A stretch of DNA of 64,000 bases from Nitrospirota bacterium (lineage in GTDB: Bacteria; Nitrospirota; UBA9217). Below the pieces are notes generated by a model that had not been told where the DNA came from, searched no databases, and was given only the letters and a program-made list of their open reading frames with translations. Made by a program: the position numbers and the translations under genes. Positions 40,638 to 51,100 of the stretch are shown here, piece after piece; positions within the stretch are counted from its first letter, which is position 1, and each line of letters opens with the position of its first letter. The stretch covers positions 1 to 64,000 of the forward strand of contig JAOUEV010000006.1 in the NCBI GenBank assembly GCA_029858565.1. The letters run 5' to 3'.

Positions 40638-41135
40638 ATGAAACGAATGCTCATATTCTTACTGATGCTCTTGACCCTATCCCTCCTCGCCGCCTGCGGC
40701 GGGGGAGGCGGCGGCGGAGCGACGGCACCGGTTGTCGAACCGACGCAGGCCTTTGTGAAGATCAGCACCTCGGGCACGCTTCCGTCAGGTACGCTGGTCG
40801 GCGGGGTGGACGTGACCGTGACGCTTCCTTCGGGCGTGACCGTCGCAAGCACGACACCGCCGCAGACCGACGCGGGCGTCGTGGCTGGTTCGGGTCTGGC
40901 CGGATCATCGGCTTCGGCCATGGGCACCTATGGCTCTTCGGAAAATGCGGTGCGCGTGCTGCTGGCTGACCCGGACGGCATGGCAGCGGGCGAGTTCGCC
41001 ACCGTGACCTGTGCCATTGCTTCAGGCAGTTCTCCGTCGGCCTCGGACTTCACGGTATCTTCCGCGACCGTGAAGGACCTGAACGGCGCTGCGATCAGCG
41101 GGATGACCGCGACGCTCAGCGTGACGATGCAATAG
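40638..41135 (+). CDS. Lipoprotein with cohesin-like beta-sandwich
   Basis: Lipobox LAAC, Gly linker; GGVDVTVTLPSGV..VRVLLA..GEFATVTC..VKDLNG; RBS aaggag. Confidence 0.7.
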   Translation: MKRMLIFLLMLLTLSLLAACGGGGGGGATAPVVEPTQAFVKISTSGTLPSGTLVGGVDVTVTLPSGVTVASTTPPQTDAGVVAGSGLAGSSASAMGTYGSSENAVRVLLADPDGMAAGEFATVTCAIASGSSPSASDFTVSSATVKDLNGAAISGMTATLSVTMQ

Positions 41136-41225
41136 GCGAAGATGGAGCAGGATTCCGAACGCGAGCACGACGGACGTTGCGGTGATGTTTCAGTAATATG
41201 CTTTTTATCAGAAAAAAATGATATA

Positions 41226-41268
41226 ATACGGCCGGACCTCCCTCGGGAAGGTCCGGCCGTATCATTTT
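41226..41268. terminator. Strong hairpin (terminator or regulatory)
   Basis: ATACGGCCGGACCT...AGGTCCGGCCGTAT followed by catttt. Confidence 0.6.
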
Positions 41269-41286
41269 CCCCCAGGCGGTGCTGTC

Positions 41287-42564
41287 ATGTCCACCCGGTT
41301 TTTTTATAGTGCGACCGAGGTCCTGCTGTTGCTCGCAATGTCGATCAGTGCGTTTGCCTCAGCTGGCATATCCGTCTCATCGTCAGGCGGGGGGGCGTAT
41401 TCCATTGACGGCGCCGCGTTCGACAGAGCGGCGGCGATCGAGCTTACCCTCACCTATGACCGCGGCGCTCTCTCAAATCCGCGCGTAATCCAGGGCCCGC
41501 TCCTGTCCGGCGCCCTCGTTGCGGTCAATCCCAATACGCCTGGCGTGATACGGATCGCGGCAGTCACCACAATGCCTATTAGCGGCGGCGGCGGGATCGC
41601 GTCCGTGGTCTTCGATACCCACGGATCATCCGGGGGGGTCACCTCGGTCTCCGCCCGGCTCTCGGCCCTGAACGGCAGCGCCCTCCCGGTCCTGGCGTCA
41701 GTGGTGAATCCCGGCGTTTCGCCGACCACGCCGCAAGGGGAGGATTCGCCGGGAGCCGCGCCGGCGGAAGAAATGCGAACAACGGCGACCCTGCCCGCAG
41801 TCGTGGTTTCCGGAGGGGCGGTCGCTGTTTCCGGCGAAGCGGATCGCACAGTTGACCGTGGCGACCCGGAAGCGATTCCCGGCAAGGCGGATGCCGGCCA
41901 GGACCAGCCTGAACCGATCATGCTTGCGGCGCGCGAACCGTCGCCGCTGAAGAAACCGGCGGCTCCTGAAGCAGCGCAAGCCAGAAAGATTTATACGCAG
42001 CAGGGCGTGCTGGAGAAATTCCGGAAATACCAGGGGGTGCGTTCGCGGAAGGCGCTCGTCTCTCTGTTTGAACAGGACGGCATGATCGGGTACCGGCAGG
42101 AACCGGCCATCGCCCTGTCGGACGGAAAGAAAACGGTGAAAGCGATATTCATCGCTCCGGCCGACTTGAACGGCAAGCCCGATATCGCTATTGCCGGAGC
42201 CCGCCTGGTTTCACTCGATCGGCACCCTGATTTTACCAACACCTGGGTGGCGGACCTGCTCCCCTATAAGAATGCCTCTGAAGCAGCGATCACTGTTCCG
42301 CTCACGGACCTCATCATGATCCTGCCTGTTACCATTGCGCCGCCGGCGAAAGCAGATCTCGACCGATCAGGGGGGGTGACGGAGGAGGATTTCGGGATCT
42401 TCCTGAGCGCGACGAATGCCGAAAGGAATCTTGCCTCCGATCTGAACGGAGACGGAAGGCGGGACTATTACGATGATTTTATTTTTACCGCGAATTACCT
42501 GATGCGGATGGAAGCGGCGGCCGGCAAGAAGGAGTCTCCTCGCCAAGGGCCGGAGCGCAGGTAA
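41287..42564 (+). CDS. Secreted protein with N-terminal cohesin-like domain and C-terminal dockerin/EF-hand-like pair
   Basis: Signal peptide; AAIELTLTYD..LSNP..VIRIA..GIASVVF; DLDRSGGVTEEDF and DLNGDGRRDYYDDFIFTANYL. Confidence 0.72.
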   Translation: MSTRFFYSATEVLLLLAMSISAFASAGISVSSSGGGAYSIDGAAFDRAAAIELTLTYDRGALSNPRVIQGPLLSGALVAVNPNTPGVIRIAAVTTMPISGGGGIASVVFDTHGSSGGVTSVSARLSALNGSALPVLASVVNPGVSPTTPQGEDSPGAAPAEEMRTTATLPAVVVSGGAVAVSGEADRTVDRGDPEAIPGKADAGQDQPEPIMLAAREPSPLKKPAAPEAAQARKIYTQQGVLEKFRKYQGVRSRKALVSLFEQDGMIGYRQEPAIALSDGKKTVKAIFIAPADLNGKPDIAIAGARLVSLDRHPDFTNTWVADLLPYKNASEAAITVPLTDLIMILPVTIAPPAKADLDRSGGVTEEDFGIFLSATNAERNLASDLNGDGRRDYYDDFIFTANYLMRMEAAAGKKESPRQGPERR

Positions 42565-42713
42565 GCCGCACAGAACGCAAAGATCGGCCTTTCGTATAAT
42601 AGTTGAAGAAACGGATTTCGCTTCAGAAACCCGAGGAAGAACCTTTAAAAAGCAATGGAGAAGGGTTGGCGAAATGGGGGGTGGGTAACTCGACGTGCAG
42701 CAGTGCCCGTCCC

Positions 42714-43175
42714 TTACGGCATCTTGAACTCTTTTCCAGCCATCCTGACCGTCAGCACCGGGCAGGACGCCTTGCGCACCACTTTTTCCGCGGTGCTGCC
42801 GAAGAGCATGTGGTCGATGCCGGTCCGGCCGTGGGTCCCGATGACGATCAGGTCCGCGTTCTTTTCCTTCGCCGTCCTGATGATCTCCACAAAGGGAACG
42901 CCCCGCACCACCAGCTTCTCCACGTCCTTGACCCTGCCAGCGGCCTCGCTGTCCCACTTCTCCATTTCCCGGTCAGCGCTTTTCTGCATGTCCTCGACCA
43001 GGTCCGCTGCGGAGATCGAAGACGGGATGTACCATTCCGCTATGCTGATGTCCTGGATGACATAGAGCAGGACCAGCCTGGCCTTATAGTCCTGGGCAAG
43101 GGACATGGCATAGTCCATGGCAGCCCGGGCGCCCTGCGAAAAATCAGTCGGGAACAGGATGGTCTTGATCTGCAT
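42714..43175 (-). CDS. Universal stress protein (UspA family)
   Basis: ILFPTDFS, DLIVIGTHGRTG, FGSTAEKVVRKASCPVLTV. Confidence 0.95.
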   Translation of the reverse strand: MQIKTILFPTDFSQGARAAMDYAMSLAQDYKARLVLLYVIQDISIAEWYIPSSISAADLVEDMQKSADREMEKWDSEAAGRVKDVEKLVVRGVPFVEIIRTAKEKNADLIVIGTHGRTGIDHMLFGSTAEKVVRKASCPVLTVRMAGKEFKMP

Positions 43176-43319
43176 AGCGGAAAGGCCTCCTTGGTCAGTG
43201 GTTGTGCCTGCAATTCAAGTGTATCGCCGGTATGTCCCGATGTCAACCGTTGTCTGTTCCCGGTGCTGAAAAGACCGTCGCAAAAGCACCAACAGGCTGA
43301 AAAGGTTCGCAAATAACCG

Positions 43320-43348
43320 TTGACAATCCTTTTTCCTGCGGTTATAAA
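43320..43348 (+). promoter_or_regulatory. sigma70 promoter of ilvE (very short or no leader)
   Basis: TTGACA-N17-TATAAA, 8 nt before the ATG; no SD sequence. Confidence 0.7.
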
Positions 43349-43356
43349 TACTGCCT

Positions 43357-44280
43357 ATGCTTCAGGCCACTGAAAAGATCTGGATGGACGGCAAGTTCGT
43401 CGCATGGAACGATGCGAAGGTCCATGTGCTGACCCACACGCTTCATTACGGCACGGGCGTGTTCGAAGGCATCCGCTGCTATAAGACCGACTCCGCCGGC
43501 TCCGGCGTGTTCCGGCTCAAGGAGCATGTGGACCGCCTCTTTACGTCGGCCCACATCTGCCAGATGGATATCCCCTTTACCCGCGAACAGGTCGCCGAGG
43601 CGATCCTTGAGACCATCCGGGTGAACAAGATCGAGGCCTGTTACATCCGGCCGCTGGCGTTCATCGGCTACGGCGCCATGGGCATCTATCCCAAGGAAAA
43701 TCCGGTACAGCTGATCATCGCGGTCTGGCCCTGGGGAAGCTACCTGGGCGAGGAAGGCGTGAAGAACGGTATTCGCGTCAAGATCTCCTCCTTTACGCGG
43801 CCCCATATCAATGCTACCATGGTCCGTTCCAAGACCGTTGCCAACTACGCGAACTCGCTCCTGGCGAAGCGCGAGGCGCTCAAGGACGGATACGACGAAG
43901 CCATGCTGCTGGACACCGACGGCTATGTGGCCGAAGGCAGCGGTGAGAACGTGTTCATCGTGCGGAAAGGCGTGATCAAGACGCCGCCGCTCACCGCGAT
44001 CCTCGAAGGCATCACCCGCGAGACCATCATGCAGCTTGCTGCCGAGCGGAATCTGCGCGTGGTGGAGGAGCGGTTCACGCGCGACGAACTGTACATCGCC
44101 GACGAGGCGTTCTTCACCGGCACGGCTGCTGAGATCACACCTATCCGTGAAGTGGACAACCGCAGGATCGGGACCGGCAAGCCGGGACCGGTGACCACCG
44201 CGCTCAAGGCGGCGTTCTTCGATGTGGTTCAGGGCCGGGACAAGAAACATGCGGACTGGCTGGCAATGGTGAAGAAGTAA
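43357..44280 (+). CDS. ilvE: Branched-chain amino acid aminotransferase
   Basis: [40 protein letters not shown]. Confidence 0.96.
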   Translation: MLQATEKIWMDGKFVAWNDAKVHVLTHTLHYGTGVFEGIRCYKTDSAGSGVFRLKEHVDRLFTSAHICQMDIPFTREQVAEAILETIRVNKIEACYIRPLAFIGYGAMGIYPKENPVQLIIAVWPWGSYLGEEGVKNGIRVKISSFTRPHINATMVRSKTVANYANSLLAKREALKDGYDEAMLLDTDGYVAEGSGENVFIVRKGVIKTPPLTAILEGITRETIMQLAAERNLRVVEERFTRDELYIADEAFFTGTAAEITPIREVDNRRIGTGKPGPVTTALKAAFFDVVQGRDKKHADWLAMVKK

Positions 44281-44293
44281 GCTTACACAAAGT

Positions 44294-44378
44294 GCCGATG
44301 TGGTGGAACTGGTAGACACGCACGTTTGAGGGGCGTGTGGGGCAACCCATGGGGGTTCAAATCCCCCCGTCGGCACCA
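44294..44378 (+). tRNA. tRNA-Leu (anticodon GAG)
   Basis: GCCGATG/CGTCGGC acceptor stem, D-loop GGAACTGGTAGAC, anticodon loop TTGAGGG, long variable arm, GTTCAAATC, encoded CCA. Confidence 0.96.
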
Positions 44379-44502
44379 TTCTTTTTCCGGGCCTGTCGCG
44401 CCGGACAGGGCATCTGCCCTGGATCTTTGAGTTCCGTCAGGCGCAGCCCGCCTGACGTATTTTTTTTATATCCACTCTTCCGTTCCTGCGTCACGTCATA
44501 TC

Positions 44503-46116
44503 ATGATAAAACGACTTCCGTCTCTATATGGATTTCTCATCGCCCTGGGGCTCTTGCTGCAGGGTCAGCCGGCGTTCGCCCAGCCCGCACAGAACGGCAT
44601 GGGCATCATTTCGGTGCCCCTTGCCAATGTCCGTTCAGAGCCGGAGCCGAAAGCCCCCATCGTGACCCAGGTGCTGCTAGCCGATGAGGTGCGCATCCTG
44701 GAAAAGCTCGATTACCGGTACCGCATCGCCATCCCCAATCAAGGGGACCGTGAGGGCTGGATCCATCAGGAGGCGGTCCTCCTCCCCCGCGACAACGGCA
44801 AGACGTTCTTTGCCTCCGACCGCCAGCGGATCGTGATCGCTGCGCCGAAAACTCCGGCCCTGATCATTGACCGCACCGGGAACCATGTCATCTCTCTTTA
44901 TGCCGGGACCAGGCTGCCGGTGGCTGCAAAGACCGCGGAAGGCTACAAGGTCCAGTTCCCCGATCACACGCTCGCCATCATCCCCGAGGCAGACGTCATG
45001 CCGGTGAAGCCGCGGAATCCGGTCTTTGAGGACATCGCGCCTGCGGAGATCGCCAGGACCGCGCAGAAGTTCAAGGGCGTCCGCTACCTGAGCGGCGGCA
45101 TAACTGCCCAGGGTATTGACACCCGCGGCCTGATCTACACGGTCTACCGCGTCCACGGGATCGATCTCACCATGGATCCCGACGCACTGCGGTCAAAGCT
45201 TACCCGCGTGCCCAAGAAGGAACTCGAGCCCGGCGATGTTCTTGCCTTTTACGGCGAAGGTCTCGGCTTGTATGTCGCCAACGGGCAGTTCCTGCACGTT
45301 CCGCGCAAGACCACGGTCCAGACCGGAGGCGTGCACGACCGGCGCTATGCCAAGGCGCTCCAGTTCGGATTGCGCGTGCTCGGCCCGGACCCGGCGCAGA
45401 AAAAACTGCCAGCGGAAATGACCGCCGACGAGATCCTGGTCGCCCAGTCCTATGCAGCAGGGATGCCGCTTCCCCGGCGGATCGTGTTCTGGGCCGAACG
45501 GTTCATTGGGACTCCGTACGATCCGGACCCCCTCGGCCTCTATGTCCGGTCGAACCGCATTGTGACCGATGAGATGGCCGACTGCATGTACCTCACCTTC
45601 CGGGCTGTCGAGCTTGCCCGTTCCGCAACGCCCGGAGAGGCGGTCGAGCAGGCGCTGGACCTCCGGTTCCGCACAAAGGGAACGCTCCGCGACGGCATCG
45701 TGGAGAACTACAACGAGCGGTTCGACTACGGCGAGGACATGGTCTGGAGCGGCAAGTGGGGCAGGAATATCACCGCGGACCTCGGCGCGGTCAGGACCAT
45801 CCCCGGATCCCGGGGAAAAGAGACTGTGGACATGCTGCCCAAGGCAGCGCTCGCGACGCGGACGCTCCAGAAGCAGCTGCAGGACGGGGATGTCATCTAC
45901 TGGGTGAAGGACCCGAAGAAGCGCGTGGTCGAGGAGATCGTGGCGCATCTGTCCTTTGTCCATGTGAAGAACAATAAGGCGTACCTCATCCACGCCTCGG
46001 GCAGCAAGGACAGCGCGACCCGCAAGGGCGGCGGCGCGGTAAAGGAAGTTCCGTTCAGCGATTATGTGCGCGATATGAAGTTCGTGGGCGCTCTTGTGAC
46101 GCGGCTCGAACAGTAG
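44503..46116 (+). CDS. Secreted cell-wall hydrolase-like protein: SH3-like domains, degenerate NlpC/P60, DUF1460-like amidase domain
   Basis: Signal peptide; ANVRSEP..GWI; KGVRYLSGG..GIDTRGL..LEPGDVLAF; FIGTPY..ADCMY..LQDGDVI..H..LIHAS. Confidence 0.72.
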   Translation: MIKRLPSLYGFLIALGLLLQGQPAFAQPAQNGMGIISVPLANVRSEPEPKAPIVTQVLLADEVRILEKLDYRYRIAIPNQGDREGWIHQEAVLLPRDNGKTFFASDRQRIVIAAPKTPALIIDRTGNHVISLYAGTRLPVAAKTAEGYKVQFPDHTLAIIPEADVMPVKPRNPVFEDIAPAEIARTAQKFKGVRYLSGGITAQGIDTRGLIYTVYRVHGIDLTMDPDALRSKLTRVPKKELEPGDVLAFYGEGLGLYVANGQFLHVPRKTTVQTGGVHDRRYAKALQFGLRVLGPDPAQKKLPAEMTADEILVAQSYAAGMPLPRRIVFWAERFIGTPYDPDPLGLYVRSNRIVTDEMADCMYLTFRAVELARSATPGEAVEQALDLRFRTKGTLRDGIVENYNERFDYGEDMVWSGKWGRNITADLGAVRTIPGSRGKETVDMLPKAALATRTLQKQLQDGDVIYWVKDPKKRVVEEIVAHLSFVHVKNNKAYLIHASGSKDSATRKGGGAVKEVPFSDYVRDMKFVGALVTRLEQ

Positions 46117-46150
46117 CAGGTGGCTGAACGTGGCTTCCCCTCCCTTGGTG

Positions 46151-46177
46151 GTCATTCCCGCGCAGGCGGGAATCCAG
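46151..46177. repeat. REP/dRS3-like palindrome
   Basis: GTC-ATTCCCGCGCAGGCGGGAAT-CCAG (ATTCCC-N8-GGGAAT). Confidence 0.7.
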
Positions 46178-46284
46178 TGACAGGTTCTCCGCTTTTTGTT
46201 TGACATCCTTTCCTGCTCTCTGCTATCCTCTCGGGTAATCGGATGCCTGGCCCGGGGAGGTCGCACTCCTCGCTCAGGTTCTTC

Positions 46285-46319
46285 AATCCGAAATCCGCAA
46301 TCTCAGATCCGCAATTGAA
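46285..46319. repeat. Degenerate heptamer tract just upstream of the comM RBS
   Basis: aatccga-aatccgc-aatctca-gatccgc-aattgaa. Confidence 0.6.
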
Positions 46320-46330
46320 TAAGGAGCCTC

Positions 46331-47863
46331 ATGCTTGCCAAGGTGATGAGCGCGGCCGTGCTCGGAATCGACGCCTATTCCGTGGAGGTGGAGGTCGATA
46401 TCGCCAGCCGCGGTCTGCCGTTCTTTTCCACGGTCGGCCTGCCCGATGCTGCGGTCAAGGAAAGCAAGGAGCGGGTGCGCGCGGCGCTCAAGAACACGGG
46501 ATTCGACTTCCCCCTGAAGCAGGTGGTGGTCAATCTCGCGCCTGCTGACATCAAGAAAGAAGGGTCTGCCTTTGACCTGCCCATTGCCGTTGCCATGCTG
46601 ATCGGCGAGGGCGTGCTTACCCAGGAAATGGTCGATGGCTACATCATCACCGGCGAGCTTGCCCTGGACGGAAGGGTGAAGTCCGTGCGGGGAGCCTTGT
46701 CCATGGCAGTGCTGGGCAAGCGGTCCAACTGCCGCGGCATGATCCTTCCGCAGGAGAATGCGGCCGAGGCAGCGGTCGTGGACCCGGTCAAGGTCTACGG
46801 TGTGAGAACGCTCCCCGAGGTCGTTGAGTTCCTAGGCGGCAAAGCGGCACTGGAGCACCTGCGGATCGATGTACAGAACGCTTTCGAGACCTTCTCGCTC
46901 TATCAGGAGGATTTCTCCGAGGTGCGCGGACAGGAGCATGCAAAGCGCGCCATCGAGATCGCCGCCGCCGGCGGCCACAACATCATCATGATCGGCCCTC
47001 CGGGGTCAGGCAAGACCATGCTCGCGCGTCGTCTTCCGTCGGTGCTTCCGCGGATGAGCTTTGACGAATCCATCGAGACCACCAAGATCCACAGCATCAT
47101 GGGATTGCTCAAGCAGGGCCAGCCTTTGATCGCAACAAGACCGTTCCGCAGCCCTCATCATACAATTTCCGACGCCGGCCTGATCGGCGGAGGCCAGGTC
47201 CCGAAGCCCGGCGAGGTCAGCCTGTCCCATAATGGGGTGCTTTTCCTGGACGAGTTGCCGGAGTTCAAGCGCAATGTGCTTGAAGCGCTCCGTCAGCCGC
47301 TCGAAGACGGCCAGGTGACCATCTCCCGCGCTTTAACCTCGCTCACCTATCCCGCGTCGCTCATGCTCGTGGCTGCCATGAACCCCTGTAAGTGCCAGGG
47401 CCGGGGCGATCCACAACGGCCTTGCACCTGCACGCCGAACCAGATCAGGCAGTATCAGTCGAAGATCTCCGGTCCGCTCCTGGACAGGATCGATATACAC
47501 GTCGAGGTTCCTGCAGTGAAGTTCAACGAGATATCATCGGATAAAGCAGCTGAACCATCGATTGCGATCAGGGATCGTGTTGTCAAAGCTCGAACAATCC
47601 AGTATGAGCGGTTCATTAATGATGGGATCTATTCCAACGCGCAGATGAAACCGAGACATATCCGTAAATACTGCAAGATCGACGATGACTCGCTGCGGCT
47701 CATGGAAATGGCCATGAACCGGCTGGGACTTTCCGCGCGGGCATACAGCCGCATCCTGAAGGTGTCACGAACGATCGCGGATATCGAGTGCAGCGATAAA
47801 ATAGCTTCCCATCACATCTCAGAAGCGATCCAGTATCGGAGCTTGGATAGAAAAGCGGTCTGA
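46331..47863 (+). CDS. comM: ComM/YifB Mg-chelatase-like AAA+ ATPase, full length, probably chimeric at the NPC codons
   Basis: VGLPDAAVKESKERV, GPPGSGKT, RPFRSPHH, LFLDELPEF, MNPCKC, SGPLLDRID, LSARAY. Confidence 0.95.
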   Translation: MLAKVMSAAVLGIDAYSVEVEVDIASRGLPFFSTVGLPDAAVKESKERVRAALKNTGFDFPLKQVVVNLAPADIKKEGSAFDLPIAVAMLIGEGVLTQEMVDGYIITGELALDGRVKSVRGALSMAVLGKRSNCRGMILPQENAAEAAVVDPVKVYGVRTLPEVVEFLGGKAALEHLRIDVQNAFETFSLYQEDFSEVRGQEHAKRAIEIAAAGGHNIIMIGPPGSGKTMLARRLPSVLPRMSFDESIETTKIHSIMGLLKQGQPLIATRPFRSPHHTISDAGLIGGGQVPKPGEVSLSHNGVLFLDELPEFKRNVLEALRQPLEDGQVTISRALTSLTYPASLMLVAAMNPCKCQGRGDPQRPCTCTPNQIRQYQSKISGPLLDRIDIHVEVPAVKFNEISSDKAAEPSIAIRDRVVKARTIQYERFINDGIYSNAQMKPRHIRKYCKIDDDSLRLMEMAMNRLGLSARAYSRILKVSRTIADIECSDKIASHHISEAIQYRSLDRKAV

Positions 47864-47948
47864 TTTCAAAAGGACTTTTCCAGATTTCTCACACAAGATA
47901 TTTCCGATAAAAAAATAACTGTAATAATAATTTATTTGCACATTTCTG

Positions 47949-47977
47949 TTGACAAGGGATTGCGATTTCACTATAAT
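47949..47977 (+). promoter_or_regulatory. Consensus sigma70 promoter upstream of the RHS gene
   Basis: Exact TTGACA-N17-TATAAT. Confidence 0.85.
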
Positions 47978-48114
47978 CGCAGCCAATTTACCCCTCGTTG
48001 TCGCACTTCACTATAAAAAGTAATTGAGAGTCCTTTCAACGACGCTGTCGATGCAGCATGCACGCATTCGTCGTGATATTGAGACCTATTGTCACTTGAT
48101 CATAGGAGAATGGC

Positions 48115-51100
48115 ATGTTTTTTCTAAACCGTTGGAGCATACTTAAAGCAGTTTTGCATGCAGTGATTTTGACAGTTATGACTGTTAGCACTGTTTTTGC
48201 TGTCGAGTCTGGCCAGACTGCTCCAAAAAAATCATCTGGATTGGGTGGCGAGGGCAGTGGTGGCTCCGGGTCTGTAGTGCCTGATCTCTCAACGGGGTCA
48301 TTTTCCTATTCCATTCCGATTGAAGTGCCTGCCGGTCGTAAAGGCATGAATCCCAATTTATCCCTAATTTATAATAGTACAAACGGCAGGAGCTGGGTCG
48401 GTTACGGATGGGAGTTAGAAAGTGGAGCTATCGAACGGAATAATAAAAGTGGCGTCGATTATAGTAAGGAAGACTATATATTACGCATGGGCGGAGCGAC
48501 GAGTGAGCTTATTAAAATAGAGACCAACGAGCTCGGCCAACCCGTAACAAATGAATTTCGAGTGAAAATTGAAGGGGCCTTTTTCCTCATAAAAAAGGTT
48601 GCCGCAACGAACTCATGGGAGCTCATTGACAAGAAAGGGGTCCACTATTACTTTGGCCAAACAACGCTTTCACGGCTGGATAACCCAGCAAATGCCAATG
48701 AAATATTCAAGTGGTGTCTCGATCGAGTCGAAGATACAAACGGTAATTACATGACGTTATCTTATAATAAAACGTATCTTCAAATTCCCTGGGCTTTGCC
48801 GGACGATGCACAATTATACTTGAAAGAAATCGCGTATGCTGGCAATACAAATACGGGTTTACTACCAACAGTCAATGTCAAGTTCTATACGGAGCTCAAT
48901 TACGACAAGACCGACAGCGGTTCTTCAAACTTTCGGGTACGAACTGCTTATAGACTAAAATCGATCGATATTAGTGCAAACGGGAACCGCGTGCGCGCCT
49001 ATCGTCTCCGGTACGATGTCGATCCGGGCGCAACCGGGAATCAGAATAGTCCTAGTAGCGGACGCTATTTGCTTACGAGCGTGGAACAGTATGGAAGCGA
49101 CGCGGACGTCTCCCCCACCACCGGCGATGTAACCGGAAGTTCTTTGCCCGCCACGACATTTTCTTACCCTCTTAACACGAACGGCTTTTCTGTGCAGGAA
49201 TGGACAGGAATGCCGAATTGGGGTGACGCAGCATATACATGGGTAGGCGATTTCGATGGCGATGGTATGATGGACATTGCAACAGCAACAGCGAACGGTA
49301 CAGCTATTTGGATTAAACACTCTCAAGGCATGACGAGCAGCCAATATTTTGTTGAAGAACAATGGGCATCCGGTTTGAATACCATAGGGCCATCGAATTT
49401 TACCTGGGCAGGCGATTTTGACGGAGATGGAAAGACCGATATTGCAACTATCGTTAACGGTATTGTTCGAGTCAGACTGTCAAGACCCGATAATCCACTT
49501 GGTAGCAGATTTGTAGAACAACCGTGGTCAACCACAATTACTACCTATTACGGTGGAATGACTTGGGCAGGCGATTTTAACGGCGATGGGAAAACCGACA
49601 TAGCATATGGCGTGCCGGGGAGCGGTAGCTGGAATATTTGGGTCCTCGCATCGAACGGCGCTGGGTTCGATTCACCGCAGGTTTGGCAAAGTAATTCGGT
49701 AAATTGGGGCACAACGTTGCTCGGCGACTTTAACGGTGATGGGAAAACCGATATCGCGACGTATGCAGGTGGAACGATTTGGTTAAAAGTCGCGCGGCCG
49801 GATCTGCCTTCGGGGCAGAGATTTCCAGAAACGGCAACAACTAATGTCCCTAGTTGGGGCCAAAGTGTCTGGGTGGGCGACTTCAATGGCGATGGTCGGA
49901 TGGATATTGCGACAGGAACAATAAATGGTTTGTTCGGTGGACCCGGCACGTTATGGGTAAAAATATCCACAGGAAATTATTTCATCGAACAACTATGGTG
50001 GTCCGGAACTTATACACCCTTAATAATTCCTAATTCAGAATGGATAGGCGATTTTAATGGGGATGGGAGAACTGATATAGCCTCATTGTACAGCAATTCT
50101 CAAATCAGTATTAAACAATCAACCGGATTTAGTTTTACTGAACAGTTGTACACGGTAAGCGGTCTTTGGAGCGATGGCGGATATAACTGGGCAGGCGATT
50201 TCAATGGTGACGGCAAGGACGATTTAGCAACCGGATGGTATGGATCGATCTGGATCAGAAAGGCAAATGTTTTTCAAGTGGATCGGCTGACCTCGATCAA
50301 AGATAGTATGGGAAGCACCACTACCATTCAGTACGATTGTTCTACCGATTTTCGCTGGAACAATACATTGATGCCTTTTCCTGTCCAGACAGTCAGCGAG
50401 ATCAGAGTCAACGACGGCAACGGAGTTGAGTCATCAACTTTATATACATACCTTGGTGCCTACTACCACATCGGTGATAGAGATTTTCGGGGTTTCAACC
50501 AAACACAGGTTGTCGGGCCACACGGACCAAACGGAGAAAATGCAACGACAATTACATGGTTTCACCAAGGCAGGGATACAGGTGTTGATGAGAATCATCC
50601 AGAAGTGTCGAATGGTTATATGAAAGGTCGGCCTTATCGAACTAAGGTAGTAGGCAATCATAATAAAACATATTCTGAATCGACAATTACCTATGCTCCC
50701 GACGATTCTGCACCTTACTTTAACCCAGCTTCAGAGGTAATTTCATATATTTGCGATGGCGATGAGTGTGGTCTTGATTCAAAGAAGACTCTCGCATTCG
50801 ATCGATTTGGTAACCTGCAGGAGGAGCGTGTATATGGTTCAGCCAGTGCTCAATCACCGGAGCGAAGGGTCGTACATACTTATGCCGAGAACAGCTCATC
50901 GGATAAGTGGATCGTGAGTCTACCTCTGACTGTGGAGCTTTATGATCAGAACAACGCCCTTATGGCAAAAAAGCGGATCTATTATGATGGGGTGGGAGGT
51001 TGCACGCAGTCTGCCGGTCTTGCGACGCCGGAAAAAGGAAATGTCACGCGTATTGTCAATGAACATATAGATCCTCTTCCGCAACTACAACCCGTTATTG

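Noticed and set aside
44294-44378. tRNA-Leu as a possible island integration site
   Set aside because: No duplicated tRNA 3' end or integrase seen in the window, and the flanking genes look like core genes
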